Below, piece by piece: positions 57,581-64,000 of a stretch of 64,000 nt of DNA. Below the pieces are notes generated by a model, which worked only from the letters and a program-made list of their open reading frames with translations, searched no databases and was not told the origin of the DNA. This DNA is from the human T2T-CHM13v2.0 reference genome, Homo sapiens. The stretch's first letter is position 1. Each line of letters starts with the position of its first letter. The translations under genes and the position numbers were made by a program. The stretch lies in assembly GCF_009914755.1 (NCBI RefSeq), contig NC_060945.1; one strand, given 5' to 3'.

Positions 57581-60364
57581 TATATGCATACTATTGTTTA
57601 ATCCCCTCAATGACCAATAAATATCATTATAATTAAAATTCAAATTAATCATTATGAAACATATTTTACAAGTGAAAAAATATAGCTAAAAATGAGCAAA
57701 ATATAAAACCAGATACCTTTCATTTTGTAGTTTCAAATTTTTATACAACCACGGTGCAATTCATTATTCTTTTTATTTATACAGTGGTATTTATATAGCA
57801 TTTATATGAGCCTCTTTTACTAAAAGGCAGTTTTCTATGCTCCTACAATTAGTTGCAAAGGATTTTTCTTTTTTATATCAGGCATTTTAACATACAAAAA
57901 AAAACCACCTCATCCTTCAAATCCATCATGGATTATTGATTTCTGTGTCACTGTCACTTTTTAAATTAATGTACTTTCCTTTCCTCTCAAGGCTGATTGA
58001 AAATGTGTTTTCATTAACATTTTTGTTATGGTAGTGTTCTGATTAAAGTTAAATGGCAATGTGTAAGAAATTTGTCATTCAAAACTTTAGTCTAATTGCT
58101 CCAAATTATTGAGAAAAGACTCTACTAATTGTAATTGCTAGAAAAAAAAAGATTATAACTAATTTGTAAGAAAGGCAGTGTCTCATAAAAATTGCTTCCC
58201 CTTTGAGACCTGAGGTTCTGATGGTGATTTGCATCTGTTGGGTGGTCTCACAAATCAAGGTATTTTAAACATTATCTTGTTTATTCAAAATGCCTATGGA
58301 TATTAGCCTGCAAAAAATATTAGTCACTCTTTTATTCATTTTGAAGTTAAAGTTTCATAGCATTAAGGCAGGGTAATAACTTCTTTTGGAAGCAGATAAT
58401 TTTCCCATTCCCTAGATACACATTGTTCCTTTTTAAGTCATCAGTAATTTTAAAAAATACAAAAAGGACTTCTCTAGTCTTTATAGCCTTCCTACAATAG
58501 CCAGTAAATCAAATTCAAAATTAAGACCTATTCCCATTATTAGGTATTTTCTATCTACTGCATGGCATTTTAAAATGATATCCCCTCTCTTTAAGACAAA
58601 CTGTAATGTAGGTGAAATTTATCTATGTCCCAGTTTCCACTTTCCACTTGTTCCACAAAGCACGCCTCCTGTCAGTCCCCAGCCAGCCATTTCTCTCTTG
58701 CCAAGTCTAGCTGATGGGGGCTCTATTACAGAAGGCTTCTGAACTGGTTATGCAAATTGACTACTAGATCCACACAATTTAACCTAACTGAGTACTCAGG
58801 AACTTCAATAAAGAAAATAACCAGAAAAAAAGAGCCTATTCTGGGAATTACTAAAAAAAAGAGAAGGAAAACATTAACTTGAAATCTTCCATTTATCTCT
58901 CTATTTTTCACTTTGATTCTAATAAATGATATTCTTTAGAGCTAGTCATTCTGCCATAGGGTGTAGCTGCTCATAAATGAGACTTTGAAATGCCAGTTGT
59001 TTGTTATGAAATGTTAGTTATTTAACTTGTTCCTTCACAAAATGCAGATCACCAATGACGAGGACTTTTATTCCGCAATTCAACTCCAGTTCAAGGAGAA
59101 TATCTAACACATAAAAACATGTACCTATTCAAGTGTATTTAAATTTAAATAAAATTTAAAATAATGCTTATGCTATCCATGCATGTCAGAATATCTCATT
59201 TAATTCAACTACTGCTAGCAGTGGTGACAGCAACGTTTGAACCCTGACAATCTATCTCCATTTTCTTAGATATTATTACAACTACAAAAATAAGGCAATA
59301 AATAAGTCATTGATACAGGCAACTTTTCTGGAATTTAGATCTCCAGACATACATTGTTATTCTTTCCTCCCAAATGAGTAGGAAACCCATTTCAGGGTGG
59401 CCTATCTCTTCCAAAGCATCAGAGAAGACAGAAGTTATTTATTTGGTTAACATTATTTTAATACTCAGAGAAAAGAAATCTCTTACTCTTGTCCCAATTG
59501 TTTTATTTGTTGGGGACAGGAAAAAGACTTCTGGTCATGTATTACTAATGACTGTAGAATTCCTTTATTTGTGTTGTAATTTCAACCATCATGGTTACTT
59601 TTCACTTACACTGCACTACTGTGTTTGAACTTAAACAGTTATTACAATTTAACTTCCAACATGGTTTTGGTATCAGCATGCCCTATTTTTAATATTTAAG
59701 TACAAAAGGAGGCAATACTTTTATGATTTCCACACATGTTCAAAATGGACTCTTACATCTGCAGCTCCAGACCTGACTTCTTTATTTAAATTCATAACTT
59801 CTATTCCCAATGGAAGACTTCCACTACTTTTCTCTCAAATGTGAAAGGACCATCTCCATTAAGGTCCAACTTGTTCCCAAGGCCAGAATCATCCTCAGGT
59901 TCCAGGAAAACAGTTTTATAATTCGACAGACATTAACTTGAGTATCTTTTAAGTAAAGTGTAATACTTATGAAATTTGATTAACCAGAATAGTAACTAAC
60001 TAGTCTTATGTATTTTTTAAATGGAAGCTAAAAGTCTGATTCCTTCACCGTGCACTCATTTTTCTTGGGACAATATAACTTGCTTAAATCCCTGACTGAT
60101 TCTCTAATCCTGGTACAATTTAAAGTAATTGTATTGAAAACAATGGGGAAAAACCTGATCAGAAATATTTGTTTTTTTTTAATAACTTCATGTATCAAAA
60201 GGATAGGTTGCTTTGTTGTTAATATTTCTATCAGATTAATTTTTATTGACTTATCAGAGTAATTAATGTAATTCTTAAAATTTTTAAAGTAATAAAGAAT
60301 TTTATTAAATAATTAAAAATCAATATTAAATAATTCCCCCTTAAAAGTCAGAGACCATTCACTA

Positions 60365-60745
<381 letters not shown>

Positions 60746-61019
60746 TCAGGTGAAAGTCCATAAAATGGAAAGCAAATGGGGAAGTATTAAATATCAGAAA
60801 ATGCATATTTGAAGTTAAATGTATCAAATAAGATGAAAAATATTTTATGAGAATAAAAACCAACAATTTTGAGGAAAATACAACTGCCATGAGCCCTTTA
60901 AAATATAAGGCACATAAGTCAATACATAAAGGCTAAAAGAAAAATAAAGAAAGGTAGTAGTTGGCACACACCCACCTGCACACACATTATGACAGAGAGT
61001 TTTCAATTAAAAAACAAAA

Positions 61020-61295
61020 AATTTCTTCTCACTGTCCATGAACTATTTGTAAAAATCAAGTATGTATTTGGCCAAAAAAGAAAACAAACAAAATATTTAA
61101 ATTTAAGATGTTTTCTGCTGTGTCATATAACCATAATCATAATTAGAAAAATGTATGTTAACAATGGAAGTCTCAACTACTTAGAAATTAAAAAAATATA
61201 GTGGCCAATTCTCAGATCAAAAAGAAAATACAAAGGGAATTTTTTAAAATCAAGAAAACAATTAAAATGGTAGTATTTCATACAACTTTTGAATT
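61020..61295 (+). mobile_element. Very old L1 ORF2 fragment
   Basis: ttcttctcactgtccatgaactatttgtaaaaatc...ttggccaaaaaagaaaac...ttagaaattaaaaaa. Confidence 0.5.
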
Positions 61296-62571
61296 TATTT
61301 TGGAAATGTTTATTTTAATGAGCTGATTCAATTCATCCTAGAATTTTACTATTTCACCATCTGATTGCATGCAAGTCTAATTCAGTCAAAGGATGTTATC
61401 ATATCTCCTTTGTCATTTCTAAATTTGTCTGTTTCTTTCTTGTAAATGTGGTCTAATGTATCACAATTTATTATAAAAATTAGAAAAACATTAGTAATGG
61501 AATAGCACCAAAAGATGCTAAAACATCACTTATTAAAATTATTTAACTATTTACTAATAAAAAATTCTCAACAAATACATTTTTAAAACTCAATATCATG
61601 ATAACGTCTCACTGAGAAAGTGATATTGTCTGTAGAACATTAAAGTAGCTGAAACAGTTTTCGGCATGTATCTTGGTGGATATTATTCAGCCATGACAGT
61701 AAAGCAGGTATGCAGGGCGTGTGGAATCTGAGGAATAAGGAGGCCAGCATTTCTGAAGTAATATATAACAGGGAGAGTGTAAGGAGATGAGGCTCTTGTA
61801 AGAACTCTAAACTCATTTTAATCTCAGTAAAATGGGAAGATGTTGCAAGGATGAAATCAGGACAATAAACAAAAATATGTTGTAGGATAACCTGAGAATG
61901 GAAAAGTCTTCTTGCTATTCATAGGATATGATAAAATTTATACAGAAGACCATAATTATGAATGTCTTTTTTCCTCCAGACATAGTCAATAGTGGTAGTA
62001 CAGATTCAGAGTATGTAGAGAGTCAGATGTAATCGGGCTTGAGCTTATGCCAAGGGCAAGGATGAAGTGAGATAACGGCAGGATAGATATAGTCAGGAAA
62101 TTAAATACATTAGAGTGATTAAAACAATTAACTATAAATTTTAGCTGGTTAAGGGTTGAACAAACCATGAAATTCGTCGCAAAAAGATGCGGTAGTTTGA
62201 AATATAAAAGTGGCATAAAACAAATGATCAAAAAGTGGAAAATATGATGCTTTTAGATGCTAAAATGTAATAAAAATATAACTCAACATTAATAATATTT
62301 CAAATATAAAAATAATTTTTAAAATTAAATTTAATTATAATAGTATCAGCACTTTTTTAATTGGACAAAATGAACTGACTTTTTTATGGGAAAAGAGATA
62401 TCTACTACCTGCATAAATGAGAAGATTAATGATCCAAGAAAGTGCATATTCAAACCAAAGACATGTAATCAAGTCAGCATTTTATTGGACTAGAAATACA
62501 ATAATTAAAGTAGTGAAACGGAAGAGAAGATTTATCAATAGGTGTCACTTTATATAAAAATATTATGTACA

Positions 62572-62867
<296 letters not shown>

Positions 62868-62880
62868 ATTATGTACAATT

Positions 62881-62882
<2 letters not shown>

Positions 62883-62932
<50 letters not shown>
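62883..62932. repeat. (GT)n(AT)n compound microsatellite
   Basis: Direct reading. Confidence 0.97.
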
Positions 62933-63019
62933 CCCAAATAATTTACACATTGACAAGGAGTTAGCAAGCTATACAATGGAGAATTCACATATGAGCAAGT
63001 TTACATGTTTATAAGTATA

Positions 63020-63345
63020 TGTAAACATAATCAATCTCTTTAGTAGTTACGGACATGAAAATAAAATTACAATTAATTACCACTGTATCCCTAATAGATA
63101 GATAAAAATTTAGAATGAGAACATGTATCACTAGCGTTTATTGCTAGTATAATGTCATATTTCATAAGTATAAATTTCATATATATATTTCATAGTATAA
63201 ATGTCATATTTCAGAAGTATTATGTCTTTAAAAAACCTGTCCAACAGTTCTTATATCTATTAAAATAAAAATGTATCTAGCTATAACCCAACTCCCGGGA
63301 ATTTATTCCACAGAAATAAATGCTCCAATAAACAAGGTAAAAGCC

Positions 63346-63386
<41 letters not shown>

Positions 63387-63500
63387 AATAAAATTATGGA
63401 AAAATTAGAAACTAGAACATTATATAATCTTTAAGAAAATGAATGCATAAAAGATAGAAAGGAAGGTTTTTTTAAGCATAAGCATAGCTATCTCTATAAA
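63020..63500 (+). mobile_element. L1ME-type 3' fragments with an internal ~28-nt poly-A
   Basis: ctttagtagttacggacatgaaaataaaattacaat; caactcccgggaatttattccacagaaata. Confidence 0.5.
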
Positions 63501-63560
63501 ACAATCAAAATAACAAAATGTATTTATGTACTTAACATATATTTATTGGACACGTGGCCG

Positions 63561-63778
63561 AGAGCTACACTGTACATTATTGTAGCCAATAACTATATAT
63601 AATTTTTTATTTGAAATTTATTGATACAACTAAATAAAAATTTTAAATAAGGAATTAGCCCCTCAGTAGCACCAGCTACTTTCCAAATGCTCAGTAGCCA
63701 CCAGTGGCTAGTGCTATCATATGGAGCAGTGCAGAAGTCACATCATGGCAAAAAGCCCTATTGGAAAGAATTGTTTAG
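63561..63778 (-). mobile_element. MER3-like hAT-Charlie MITE
   Basis: cctcagtagcaccagctactttccaaatgctcagtagccaccagtggctagtgctatc...catcatggcaaaaagccctattgga. Confidence 0.8.
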
Positions 63779-64000
63779 ACCCTGTTGTAGGGTCCAGAGA
63801 TAGATTACCTCACAAAACTGATGTAATTTCTGACTACATCTAACTTCTAAAGAAAATAAGAAACACATTTATAATGTCATCCAGTTTTTGAAAAATAAAC
63901 TTCAAAAATATCCTCTGGGATGACTATGTGTCCATATGTTTAAGTTTGCATATAACACATGCAGAAACATATCTTGTTATTTGTTGTGGACGGTAGGATG

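Noticed and set aside
63350-63377. Isolated long poly-A as a possible retrocopy tail
   Set aside because: No TSD or distinct upstream body; it sits within decayed L1 sequence.

Overview
This is AT-rich, gene-poor primate genomic DNA, most likely human; I did not identify the locus. I find no supportable protein-coding exon, RNA gene, CpG-island promoter or CRISPR array. The ORF track is explained by Alu, L1, LTR and simple-repeat sequence or by chance. Roughly half the window is transposable-element relic. SINEs and LINEs: 17 Alus (J, S and Y ages), two near-full-length old L1MC/L1MD-type elements in opposite orientation, an L1 ORF2 fragment, a 5'-inverted L1MA, and L2 and MIR fragments. LTR elements: MaLR LTRs (MSTA, THE1, MLT1), a half ERV-L provirus (MLT2 LTR plus gag) and solo LTRs (MER74-, MER90-, MER52-like). 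DNA transposons: MER47A, MER3, MER5. I see no convincing new biological system. The best signals are mechanistic fossils: (1) an inverted AluY pair sharing private left-arm variants, suggesting gene conversion; (2) a ~500-bp TSD-flanked, A-tailed orphan insert inside a MER74 LTR; (3) a minisatellite that appears born by fold-back copying of its own flank; (4) a twin-primed L1. Subfamily names come from my recall of consensus sequences, not from an alignment. Boundaries of old elements are approximate.
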